From Phoronis australis (taxonomy: Eukaryota; Animalia; Phoronida): a stretch of 64,000 bases of DNA. Location: positions 681,820 to 745,819 of the forward strand of contig NMRA01000050.1 in assembly GCA_002633005.1 (NCBI GenBank). Reading direction: 5' to 3'. The notes under the pieces are model-generated. The model was not told the origin of the DNA and made no database searches. It was given only the letters and a program-made list of their open reading frames with translations. The translations under genes were made by a program, and so were the position numbers. Below, piece after piece: positions 1-11,900 of this stretch. The number at the start of each line of letters is the position of its first letter. Position 1 is the stretch's first letter.

Positions 1-400
1 CTGCGCACTACGACTCCGTTTCCGTCATCTGCTCCACTGTACAATGAAGAAAATTTACTTCCTTTTTTAAAGAAAATGGAACCTGCGTGACGATGAAAAA
101 CCAGAAGCTGCTGGTAAGATGTGAATTTTAATCGAAGCCTTAGTGAATCACTCAGAAACTCATAATTCTCTCTTTGTCAAACCTTAACTTAAGACGATAT
201 CCAAAGCAATCTCGTCATTATTGCCAACAAGAAAAGCGGATTTGGACATTTGGGCATTTGAAGACAACAAATTTGTTAAGAACTGATTGCACAAAATATA
301 AAACGTGTAATAAGCATTACAAAAGAAGTAGGTTTCGCGAGCAAACGCTATGGACCGTAAACGAGTAGGTCTCTTACTTTAAGTTTAGTAGTTAAGTGGT

Positions 401-750
401 GGTGGTGGTGTAGTGGTAAAGCACGCGCGCTCTATCCTTCGGTCGTGAGTTCGAGTCTCTGGTACTGGCAACCTTTCACTCAGAATAGATTAAATACCAA
501 GCAAATGAAATTCTCGACCCATCTAACAAAACCCAAATATTTATGTTAAGTCTTAAGTCACCATTCATGAACAGAACCCAAAATTAGCACCGTCCTGTTG
601 TGACTAAAGAACCATTTCGTCAGTAATGGTAAATGAACAATTGTTACTTGTGACAGAAGGCGGGTTGACATTGTTTTAACTCCCATTTAAACTTGTGATC
701 AAGCATTCGACGGCACATGACTTGCTGCAACGAATGGACTTTGCAAACGT
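401..750 (+). mobile_element. tRNA-derived SINE (3' boundary approximate)
   Basis: Pol III A-box TGGTGTAGTGG (406-416) and B-box GAGTTCGAGTC (447-457) with tRNA-like spacing; the body segment 466-532 recurs with 3 mismatches at 2557-2623, so it is an interspersed repeat rather than a tRNA gene. Confidence 0.6.
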
Positions 751-1215
751 GCATTCGAAACACCTATGGTATTTTCGTAGCCTGAAATTTCCCCTCCTTT
801 GTGAATAATACATGCGCATGAGCGGTCTTCAGTCATACGACGCTTCACGAGACTTTTAAAATGGATAATGACTGGCTGCATGGCGAAAGTTCGTACACGC
901 GCACACAGCGTTCACCTTCGAGGGGAGATTTGAGGCTACCAAAATACTCGACGTGTATAGATCACAAAATATATGAAAGTCCAAATAATTGCTCAAATAT
1001 GTGAGTAAAACACAATTTGTAATTGATAATCGTTTTATTTGATAGTTTAACTTTGCAGATTATGACAAAATAATGAATGAAGAGGTGCAAATTGTAATTA
1101 AAAATTGAATTTGGAGTCTATTGATTAAACTTAAGTATGTACAACTCTGGATACATCTACGAAGTTTTTACGTCGTCTACGGTTGCAATGAAGAAATGAT
1201 GACACAAAAATAACA

Positions 1216-1948
1216 TCAGGCAGCAACTGGACGAGATAAAGTGGCCCGAAAGGGATCAGGGGTAAACGTGACGCGATAGGCTTTGAGTGTTGTGTTGCCC
1301 TTTGGATTTCCAATCCTCGTCATTCCTTTACGTCGATTTAACTCGAGCAACTTTTCTCTCAGGCTCTTGTTAAACATGTCAAGGGTCTGCACGTCTTTGT
1401 ATTTTTGTTTCTGCAATAATGTTTGCTGGCGCACTTGAGCTTCAAATTTTTTTTCAGTGACAACAATGGATGCGTGGACTTGATTCATACTCTCCAACTC
1501 CTCGCGTGTTTCCTCAAGTTCTTGGTTAAATGTTTCTTCGAGAAACTTCGTAATGGTTTCCGATGACTGCCCTGCAGGAAGGTTTCCAGTTTCTAGACAA
1601 ATTGTTTGAGACCATGCGTGTTTCCGGCACCACATTTTGCGCCGGAGTCTCCCAACTTTCTTAATAAAAATAGCAAGCTGAGCGATTACCACTGCCAGTA
1701 AAATAATTTCATTATTAAATAAGCAAAAATCGTGCAAAATATCGACGTCCGCTAAACAAGTATGATTGGCTCCGTCATTAAGTTGAAAATTCAAATCGCG
1801 TATTCCAAGAGAATATCTGCCGGTATCTCTCAGCAGACCTCCCGTACTGATCGAGGTAAAAGCACCATTGTTAGAATTTACCTTCATTGCCCGTACAATT
1901 CTCTCATGTGCTTTCGTCAAACTCAGTTGTGAAACGAACGAAACCTTC
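1216..1948 (-). CDS. Candidate terminal coding exon: hydrophobic segment plus basic stop-transfer, then a coiled-coil tail; function unknown
   Basis: Longest non-repetitive ORF in the window (234 aa from TTG 1920; the frame is open to 1956). IILLAVVIAQLAIFI is followed by KKVGRLRRK and an E/Q/K/L-rich heptad-like region. Possible acceptor tttatcag|G at 1949/1948; minus-strand AATAAA at 1034-1039. Confidence 0.4.
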
Positions 1949-2556
1949 CTGATAAATTATCTAATGATATTTGTTCACATCTTGGAGGCAGCAGCACGTC
2001 ACTTTCTGTTATGTTATTTACGTCACGTCGAACAATGAATAAGCAAACATTTGACACGCTCTTGCATAATGGGACTTTCTTAACAAAAAAAATGCAAACT
2101 TGAGGTGGCATTCAACAGTTTTGCTCATTTTGGGCTTGAAGAACAAGGTCGAGTCAGCTTCAACAGTCTGTTCCACAGATGTACAAAACCTGAAAATATG
2201 AACTGTACACTGGGACAACGGCTTCACAAATCTGTCACAAAGTCTATTGAAACTGACCCTGAAGTCAATTTTTCATCTTTAACGATTACTAGAAATGCAA
2301 GTGGCTACTTAAAAACGGGCAAAAATACACCAAATCAGCAGTTTCTACACGAAAGATACCATTTGCATGCGTTTGCAACGAAGTGAGAGACAATGCATTC
2401 GAACTGCCAAACCTTTCCAGATTGCAGGAATCAGACGAAAACTAGAGTTTGAAGGGTACCTGAATTTCCTGATCAACTTCTCGCTTTGAAGCAGTAAATG
2501 TTTAAGACTGAGCAGAACGTTGGCCAAGAGTGGGAGGGGGGTTGGTGGGCAGAAAT

Positions 2557-2623
2557 TGGCAATCTTTCACTCAGAATAGATTAAATACCAAGCAAATGAA
2601 ATTCGCGACTCATCTAACAAAAC
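2557..2623 (+). repeat. Fragment of the SINE at 401-750
   Basis: 67-bp near-identical copy of 466-532. Confidence 0.65.
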
Positions 2624-3596
2624 GGGCATTGTCAATGAAATTGGAACACTTATACTCAACTGTGGCTCAAAAATCTATCGAGTGTCTCCTTCATGCCTTG
2701 GTCCAGCCAGCGAACAATGTTAAGTACAACTCAGTTCTAGAATTTCGTCCGCTGGCTGGCATATGTTGAGGATGATTGCGACGCCAGTTTTACGCGCCGA
2801 AATTGGACTATGGGAAAACTTCGATTTTTGAACGCATGCGCTCCTGCTGAAATCCGATTGGAGCCCATTAAATGCAGGTATATTTTATGAATCAGTCTAC
2901 TCAACCCTACTCCGAAACAAGGTGCTGTTTGGCAAGGGTGTCAATTTCGTGAATTTCGTGTCTAGTGAAAGCGTACAAGGCGACGATTGTTGTCTCGAGT
3001 CGGAAGATTGGGGGCATGCACAGTGCCGTCCTTACCGATAATGTCTGGTATAGTCATGGCTGTGGGAAGAGGGGGATGGGGGAACGTACCCCCATCAATT
3101 TTCAGGCTACAGAATGAGACGACTGACATAGGCATTAGGGAAGGAGNTCGAGAAAAGAGGAATGGAGATACATGTAACAGAAGCAGACAAGTTTTAACAA
3201 AGAGTATTGTCAACTACCAGTGTTGATTTATGGCTAAGGCATTTTTGTGAACGGCCCCTAGGGTTTTGCAGTGCAGACCTTCTAATAACTTGAAAACGTA
3301 TTCATTCTTAATTATGCATAAATTGGAAAAAAACGAGAGAACTTTTTATGATTCTTATTTGTAAATTCAAGATGACAATTTTTGCAAAACTGCATTTATC
3401 CGAGGCCCCTTCTGTCATAGAGTACGCTGGAGTCATCTGTGGCTCGCATTTTCCAGTTTTTTATTGAAATTGTATTTCACTTGATAACAATTGGAAATCT
3501 GACAGAGAGGGGCCTTGGTGATAACATCAATTATTGCTCATTTCCTGTTCTTGAAGCTATGAATATTTTCATATTTAGGCGCCTCAGTATGAGGAA

Positions 3597-3725
3597 GGGA
3601 CCTGTTGATCCATAGCCACCCTCCTGTATTCATTCATATCCTGTCCCATTAACAGTTGGGACCTGTTGATCCATAGCGAACCTGCTGTATCCATTCATAT
3701 CCTGTCCCACTCATGGTGGGGACCT
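3597..3725. repeat. Short tandem duplication, ~61-bp unit x2
   Basis: gggacctgttgatccatagc...cattcatatcctgtccca occurs twice in tandem. Confidence 0.7.
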
Positions 3726-3804
3726 TAACCATGGAATCATTTCCTGCCCTTTTTCTGCTTTCGTGAAATCCTAAAATTGTTTATATTAAGAAAGTTCACC
3801 TCTT

Positions 3805-4165
3805 TTGAATGTTTATTACAAAATCTTCAGTATAATGAATATGCATTGCCCAGAAAGCGCCAAGAGGCATTATATCTGGGTTATACAATTGTACACAAAT
3901 ACATAAATTAAAAAACTGATGTTAAGATTACAATGGCATATGATTACGAATGTAAATAAATCATTTTCATACCCATTAAGTTATTTTACATGTACAGATA
4001 AATTCTATCCACTCAAACAAAGAGATTTAATATTAAAACGAAATTTTGATACTATTTCGAATAATACCTTGTTTTCATTTGGGTTGAGTTCTTGACATCC
4101 ATACAGAAAAAAATTAATTTTGTTATACATTTGAGAAATATCAGAATATTTTTTAAGCATTGTAA
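3805..4165 (-). mobile_element. 5'-truncated LINE 3' end (CR1/L2-like ORF2 C-terminus plus 3' UTR)
   Basis: Translates FFLYGCQELNPNENKVLFEIVSKF, resembling the LxGxxxLxxxxNxxIFxxVxxF ORF2 end, followed by a UTR ending in AATAAAC. A second copy lies in the opposite orientation at 16565-16937. Confidence 0.6.
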
Positions 4166-7075
4166 ACCTGATGGAGGTCACCCCATGATGGATATAGCTG
4201 TCTTTCATTTCCAGTTAGAGGATGCATCTTTTTATGGCGCCCCTTTTTAGACAGGATTGATTTCGTCCTTCGCGAAGCGGCTCGGGCAATTGCTTCGTTG
4301 CCCCCTATAAAATATTTAATTGGTCGAGAGAAACACAGAAATGTTCAAGTGAAGAACACCATCTTCAAGACAGACGACTCGAACAACCAAAATTGGGAGA
4401 TTGCATCGAAAGAAATCCAACAAGTTTGAAGAACTCGTGGTAAGACAATATTCCTGATGGTTTTAAAACGACACAAAATGGTCATAGAAAACTCTCTTGT
4501 GTTGATCAGAACGTAAGGATTTTTGATGACAGTACGTGTACATGTTTGGCAATAGTAAACAAAGATTTCTGCTATTTTGGGCGTACTGTAACAGGCGACC
4601 ACTGGGATGGACCGGAATTTACTTTACGTGAAAATTTCTTGGGAGGGACCCAAACCCATATTTAATTCTGTTCTAAACAGTCTCGTAACTAATCTAAAAC
4701 CTGAATATAACTTAAAAAGCCGCTCTGTGGGTGCTTTTGGGTATATATTGCGTTTAGCATGTGACCGCCAACATGTTAAGGGGATCTTCTCCCTGGTAAC
4801 ATGCAGGAGTCATTCATTGGTTTCTGCATAATTTTCAGGTTAATGCATCCACGAACAATTTCATCACAATTGGAAGGTAATATTTTCGTTCCTGATACTT
4901 CAGTGAACTTAGATGTAGACTGAAACTCGTGAAAATATCTAATCACACGACGTCTAAACAGCTAATTGCACAAGATGATATTGCCAGTCTAAAGCAACAC
5001 TTTATAAAATTGGCGTTTTAGTGGTGAGTGGTGAATTTTTGCTTAGGCTGGTGAAGTTTGATAAGGTCTGTATCGTTTGCCCCCAGAAGGGAGGGAGAGG
5101 GGCGGCATTTTCAAGAATATCTGGGTACCGTGTTTCAACAAGAGGCAGTGTAACCTACCAGGGACACCGAACTCGCATTCTTTCAAAGTGTAGCTTAAAG
5201 TATGACCTTAGCTAACAAAGTGAACTTTCCACAAACAGGACCCTAATAGAGTAAATGTCTACCTTACGGTCCCTCATCCGAAATAGACACAAGTTAATCC
5301 GACGTTTTGGGAACAGTGTTCCGTCTACCCAATTCCAAAAGTTTCTTACGCTACAACTAGTTTCTGGTGGCTGCCTACACACAGTTAAGGGCGCACGTCT
5401 ATAGTGGAAAGTCGGAGAGGGGGGGGGGGAGGGGAATTGGCAACAACATGCAGTACTTAATTAAAGTAACTTAATTAAAGTAACTTATTTCTTTAGATCA
5501 GTATTGTATTTGATGCATTATACATCTCTTTCGACTGGGCATCATATTCAACAGTTTTTGAGTAGTAATAGTCGTTCTTTAAATGTCTCAGAGATTTTCA
5601 ATAAAACCCAATGTTGACAAGGTAAAATTCTACATGTACAAATGTGACGATCAATATTCACGGAGAGATTAGTTTGACACCTCTCAAGCGCTCGGTTGAC
5701 AGTTGTTCATTCTTGTATTCAACTGACAACTACTGTTTATAAAAACAAATTTACTTTTGTTGACATAACTTTGTCCGCGGTTCTTTCTAGGAGAACAACA
5801 TTTAAAACGGTTTATGTATAACTTCGTCTACGTACATGTAGTGTTTATAGTCACAGTCTTATATTTTGAAAGCGTTTTGCAAATGTCTCAAGCCAGGAGA
5901 TTTCAAGTAAAAATTCATAGCTTTTAGGTTAGGATCATCAATTGCAAACTAGGATATGTTGAAAATCATCCAAGGAAATCATTGCATACTTGAGTATAGA
6001 ATTAAAGGGTCTAGTTATAGCAGAAAACATAAAAAATAAAGTTTGATTTCTAGTATAAAGATTAGACCCAAAATCATGATATATTTTTGGTCTTGCGAGG
6101 TTTAAAAATTGAAACTGAAATAAAATCATGTTGTGGGTGGGAATCCGATCGCAGAAACAATATTGTTCAACTTCATTTGGTCCCAAGAACACCCACTTAA
6201 GTCGATGTTTCATGGTCTTTTACTTTACTTTCTTTCTTAGTCCAATATGTCTTTAAGGGTTTAGTGACCAAGATATCTGTTGTTTTCTAGCAACGAATAA
6301 ACACAAGAAGTGACTACAAGATTAATAGTTGTGCATTTTTACAGAGTGGACACCAATTCGAAGATTTATTAATATAGCCAGGTTACTAAGAATAGAACAG
6401 GATCGAAGGAAGTGATACCTCCAAGACTGCTACACCTCACAATGTTGTATTGAGACAGTAGATGGGTTGTTTCGGTGGATTTCAAAAGATGGGACAAATG
6501 TTCTGTAGCCTGGCAAGCTATTAAAATCTGCAACTGTCTTACTTGAAGAAAACCATCATTTTTGTATTCTGTCCTTAGTGTTTATGGTCTTCTTATACTT
6601 ACAGTGTATTAATGCCTGGGTATGTAGGACAGGGCAGGTAGAGTTTACGACCATTGAGTTTTGTCATTTTATTTATTTTGTAGCGGGGTGTTGTCAATGT
6701 AAATGTACTAGTATCATAATTGTGTGCAATTAAATGTCGGATTCGTCTGAATTGAGGGATTAACTTAGAGTTGGTTGAAATCTGTTTTTTGCTGAAGTGG
6801 AGTGCATGTACCAGTACGGTACAGTAACTTTGTACCAACTAGACATTTACCTTTTACTGTCACGGTGTGATTTTAATGGGTTATGGTGATATTTTGAAAT
6901 AAGTATATTTTGAAATAAATGAAAACTTTATTGTTTGAAATGGTTACAGTATCTCAATGTGTTGTTTCTGTGAACATTTTTCTAGTCCTTCTCGTTCTGG
7001 ATGGCCAGTAATATGGAAGTGTGCTTGTTAGTGACAGAAAAAAACGGCAATTCCCCCAAATCATGGTCACATTAA

Positions 7076-7369
7076 AGGGGTACATTGAGTGGTGTAAAAA
7101 CTATTATTGGTAAAAATTAATAATGCGTTTAAAACGCTAGTTCCGCGGCGTGCCAAGTTGTTTTACAGCAGAGTTTATAACACAACATTTTGAACAGTGA
7201 GTCCATGTCGTTTCAAACTGTACAAATTACCAGTTCGCTATGCTAAGATGAATCAGGTACTAGGACAAGTAATACCAGGAAGTGGTTATCTCTTCCTGGT
7301 AGATAGTTAAAGAAAAGTACCGTATCATTTATTCAGAAGTAATTTTCCTTGAGACACCTCAGCACCCCT
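7076..7369. mobile_element. Possible Kolobok-like MITE (degenerate)
   Basis: TTAA|AGGGGTACATTGAG at the left and CTCAGCACCCCT|TACA at the right; the inverted termini are imperfect. Confidence 0.3.
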
Positions 7370-8257
7370 TACATGCGTTTTATTTTTTGAAAAAAACGTC
7401 TGCAAAATAATGTAATTATTATTCCTTGGTATAACGTGAACTAGACAATTCTAATCACCTTTCGTTAAATGGGCCTGTGCAAATGCAAACGTCGACCTCC
7501 GGCTTCAGCCGCCCAAGCAGTGGTGTTCACCGATGTATACAGTATGTGCTTGTCTTACCAACCAGTACAGGGTGTTTTTGGTGTCGTGCATTCATCTTTT
7601 TTTCATTGAAATACAAATGTTAACATATCAGTTATTATAACTCTATCGTTTTGCAAAATTTTGCTGTCAATTTTTATTCAAACTGTCTTATGCCCTCAAT
7701 TCCGAATACGCACATGTACACAAACATGTACAATTCCATTGTTCAATACTTGCATATAATGACACGACTTTACCTGCACGCATATTGTTCATTGATTTCC
7801 ATGGGTTTCTATTAATTTTTTTCTACTTTGTGTTCAAGTTTTTCACTCGAACGCATGCCTCAAATCTTTTTGTTAGAATAAATCAAGTGGCGTGGGCGAG
7901 GTCAAGGAATTTTTAGATCCATACTAAAAACTTTAGGAATGCAGTGATGTAATGGCTCTCCGGAGAGCGGCCTCCTTGACAGCTGATCGTCTTGTCGGTT
8001 TATAAACAACAGGAACTGAAAAATAGGTAATATTCAATTATAGCGACGAAAAAGGTTAATCACCGTATAATACCATTTTCTAAACTTTATACATTTCAGT
8101 CTCTGGATTGTCTCTTTGACTGAGCCGGCAAAATCTCCCAGGCCCTAGCAGCACTCCGTGAGAATTTCAGCCAAAGCATTAGGAATTTTGTCTTTGCAAT
8201 GGCTTATATGGCCGTTTAAGCAATGCGTGGTCACAGGTTTACGTTGCTTTATGTTAC

Positions 8258-8301
8258 CAAAGTTTAGATCCTCGTCAGTATTTAAAATTTCAAATTGTAT
8301 T
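8258..8301 (-). CDS. Candidate exon 2 of the divergent minus-strand gene (E)IQFEILNTDEDLNF
   Basis: aattttcag| acceptor and G|gtaaca donor; 44 nt, phase 2 to 1, and stop-free in frame with the 8761-8855 exon. Confidence 0.5.
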
Positions 8302-8424
8302 CTGAAAATTCCCCCGGCTTCCATAAGGCCACCGTGCTTTTGTTTACATAGCGTTCATCATCAATATGGCGGACCGCGTGTCGCGCTGTCTGGCTTGCGT
8401 GTATGGTCGTGTCGTCTCTATGTT

Positions 8425-8599
8425 CAGGGGCGGCCGGATCCCGGCACGATTTTGCCGGAGTTGGGGGGGCGGGGGCAGGGCAGAGTATTAGTCAGGACTT
8501 TGCCTGTCAGACATTCGCACCCCACGTACTGCCAAATGGAATGTGGGAGAATTTTAGGGGGGCCATGTCCCCCTTGGCCCCCTTATAAATCCGCCACTG
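8425..8599. mobile_element. hAT-like MITE
   Basis: Termini CAGGGGCGG...ATCCGCCACTG with internal G/C tracts; no clean 8-bp TSD. A related element lies at 52429-52663. Confidence 0.5.
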
Positions 8600-8760
8600 A
8601 TGTATAAAGCTCATTGGTTCAAACCTTCTTTGGTAGTTCAGGTATCAACGAGTTCCCATGCATTCTAGCTCATGATTGGTCTTTAAAATGTCGTAGGCAA
8701 CAGATTTACATCTCCTTTACACGTTGACATCCGCCTTGCAACAGCAAGAATGAAGCTCAC

Positions 8761-8855
8761 TCTCTGCGTAAGTATATTTCGCTTATCACGGTTGCAGGCT
8801 CAGCGACTGCCCAGCAGCCAGCAGCCTTGAAAATCGCCTCGTCTTGTAGTGCCAT
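8761..8855 (-). CDS. Candidate first coding exon of a divergent gene, MALQDEAIFKAAGCWAVAEPATVISEIYLRR
   Basis: ATG in cacaagATGGC context, 95 nt open, GA|gtgagc donor; GC-rich island; splices in frame to 8258-8301. Confidence 0.5.
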
Positions 8856-8938
8856 CTTGTGGTTCAAACCAAAAAATATCGTACTGTGCGCATGCCTAAT
8901 TTCCATGTCGAGGCGTTGCCAATAACCCAGGAAGCAAG
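8856..8938. promoter_or_regulatory. Compact, putatively bidirectional promoter
   Basis: 83 bp between two divergent ATGs, both inside YY1-like CAAGATGG. NRF1-like TGCGCATGC at about 8887-8895; imperfect RFX X-box-like GTTGCCAATAAC at 8915-8926. Confidence 0.5.
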
Positions 8939-8953
8939 ATGGAGAATTACAAG
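8939..8953 (+). CDS. STKLD1: STKLD1 exon 1, MENYK
   Basis: gcaagATGGAG context; AAG|gtacgt donor; phase 0. Confidence 0.8.
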
Positions 8954-11900
8954 GTACGTATGTTGAGTCTGCAGGTTACTGTCAATTCACAGTTGTTGTA
9001 CCGATCATAAGATATTTGTAATTGTGTTTGCACGAAGAAATTTCGCGTACGTTCTCTATCAAAACCTCCCATTCTCAGTTCAGTGCAGGTACAAAGAATC
9101 TGCGTCAATTACCTTTATTATGACTTCGCCATGGAACAGGAACAGAGAAGTTAGAGAACACTACACTGTCAGAACCCAGTCGCTGACACACCACAACAGA
9201 GGCGCAGGGCCGTCGTTGATGTGTCGAATTTTTGGCCCAAATATCGACCCAATGCCCCTAGGAAAAGTACACTTATATCACGCAATATTCCCATAAAAAG
9301 GCCCAAAATTCTCATTCAATAAGTAAAAATTTCGGTACCGCCGGTAATTAAATTTTTAGCGAGCCAACTAGCTCAGTACGAAGACTATGGTCAAAATACA
9401 ATTCAGCGAAGTATCACTGTGTGTTGAGCTGTGTATGGAGATGTCCTTTAGATTGTGAAGCAACCACTGGTATTAGATTTAACATACTCCAATAATAGTA
9501 GGATCAGGCTAGTGTAGGCTGTAGCTTTGATAGCCAGCCAGCAAGCTGTATGAAGACTGTCGTTAAAATACAGCTAGGTACCACTGTGTGTATTTCGTCC
9601 ATAGACCCCGGAATTGCACGCAGCCAGGGTAGTTCTACTCATCACCTCGCCGTGAAACTTGTACCAACATTTAAAGCTAAAGAGCGGACGGGGTACATGC
9701 AAAATCTGGGAATCAACCGACACTCACCTTGCCCGTTACAGCCATTTAAGTGAAAAACAATGCAATAAACGTCATTTTCTTGCGTAACTCTCCGCCTTTT
9801 CTAACAATGAAAAGTATGTCGTCGTTTTGAAAACAGTACACTTGTGTTACGCGTACAATGAATTGAAACCAGTTCGGATAATTTGTTGTGACATGTATGC
9901 AAACTCGTGAAAGAACAACAGTTGATTGAAGAATCGGCAAAAAAAGACACTGGCCAACAGGTGATGCAATATTTCTTGGCGCCGAAAGCAGTTGCTAAAT
10001 ATCGCTCCACAACTTTAGCAGCAGAATAACGGTAGAACGGCAGTTTTTCCAACACCGTTGAATAATTTAGTTTACTCAGGGAAGACTGTAGTTGTTAATG
10101 ACACTAATTTTGTGTCAGATTTTATCTTACACTTTTTTACCCACATCGGTGCAAAGCTGTATATTTATATACAGCTCTATACCAAGGCTATAGCTTTGAG
10201 AGTGGGGGAGCTCAGCTGGAAGTTCTGCCTCTGAATTTGAAATTGATTTGGTTTCTTCATAATTTGACCATGCAAAAAAGAAAAACACTACAGAAATAAC
10301 AGTGAGGTTTAAAGTTGCAAAAGTTAATTCATTTATGAATAAGAAGACCCATTTACTTAAATGTATTGTTTTTCATAAACAAGTACTTTTACTTATTGGG
10401 AAACTGCATAGAACAGCATAATGTTGTCATATCTGTGGAGGTGTCTGAAGACAATGACTTTACATTGGACTAAATGGACAACAACTTTACACTTTTGTGG
10501 CAGTTTTATTTTTCCATCTGCCTGTTTATCTCTCAAGTTTCCTCCACTCTCGGTCAGATTGAACCTGTATGGTGCTCCCTCTAGTGGAATTTCTTATTGA
10601 ATACTTCGACATTTGGGCATCCACCTCTACATGTCAATCACTGATGTCCACACCCACTAACAGGAAAAGAACTTTAAGCATCCACCTCCTCAGGTTGTTA
10701 CTCTTTCAATAGTTGTTGCGATTATTTCCAGAGGCAGTGAAGAACTGTAACCCTTCTTTCTGGTTTTAGTGGCTAGTCATCAGTTCCAGATATCGCTATC
10801 TGATTCACCCTATCGGTGCGTTATTATTTCTGAGATTTAACAGCATTAGTTATACCTTTTTTGCATTGACGGTGTTCCTAACAAGCCACGACGGTTATAA
10901 CCTCTTGCTGAATCAGCCTGATGGTAGCCTAGAACTATGCAACAGTTATAACTCTTTCACAGCAATAGTTTTAACCTTTGAATTGGTTATAAAAGTTAAA
11001 CCTGCTTTGGTATATTATTTCCCATCTTTTGTTGGAGACTCTGCTGAGGAATCTGTTAAAGAATGTTTTATTAGTGATGGAAAATTATGACTAGCCCTAA
11101 GAAAACTGTAATGTTATCATGCTTTGGTGCAGTTTACAATGTCTCCTATTATAATCTGTGACATACCTTTAGAATTTTGTAAATGTCAAGTGGTTCTTAT
11201 CTCTAAGTATTCACATGACATACTTGTTGAAGAGTTGCATCTTCTGGGGCCTGTTTCGTGATTCTTGAGCCTGTTGGGTTTTGTCTTTTAGCTTTGTCTA
11301 CGGATGACGTAGTCTGTCTCATGCAAACAGGCTACTGCTGAAAGTCAGCAAATCTGTCTACAACTAGAAGTCAAAAGACAGAAATCCTTAGGAGAAAGTG
11401 TTTCGAGAAATGCAAAAGACAAGAAATCAACTTTTGGTTTTGGACTTCTTGCTAAAGACAAAAAAAAAACAGTCTCTGTGAAACAGGCTCCAGCAAGTTG
11501 AGCCAGGAGGAGCTGATCTTTTCCATAACAGCCTCTGGACGTCCAAAGAACTATTGATGCAATACCTGGCATTTTAGGACGAAGAATACCCGAGACAATA
11601 TCGATTGATGAAAAATTGTATCTAAGCCAATACTAAGATCACCTATCTTGTGGTCTCCACAAATCCAAGTTACGCTCCCAGCGAAGTCACAACTTTGAAT
11701 TATACCCACCTTAGGTATTACCGTAATAACTAAGAATGCCAATTACCAGAGTTGGCACCACTTTCTTTCCCACCTCTTTGATGAGAGAACCCCCTGAATG
11801 TCAAACCCTTTTACCATAACAATTTGATTTTGTGGCTGTTGGAGTTATCCTTGCTATATACTTTTGAAATTTTTTTATTGATGTGACCAGTAGTATTATA

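Noticed and set aside
401-470. tRNA gene
   Set aside because: A and B boxes are present, but there is no convincing acceptor stem or cloverleaf and the body recurs elsewhere, so it was called a SINE. B-box-like motifs near 51115 and 63955 are likewise too degenerate.
8750-8773. Plus-strand ATG AAG CTC ACT CTC TGC|gtaagt as alternative kinase exon 1
   Set aside because: Phase-compatible, but MENYK at 8939 matches the family start and has a better context; it cannot be excluded as a minor or 5' UTR exon.
11290-11640. Protein-like patches in intron 1 (QQICLQLEVKRQKSLGE..., QPLDVQRTIDAIPG...)
   Set aside because: Interrupted by stops, no recognisable family and no good donor site.
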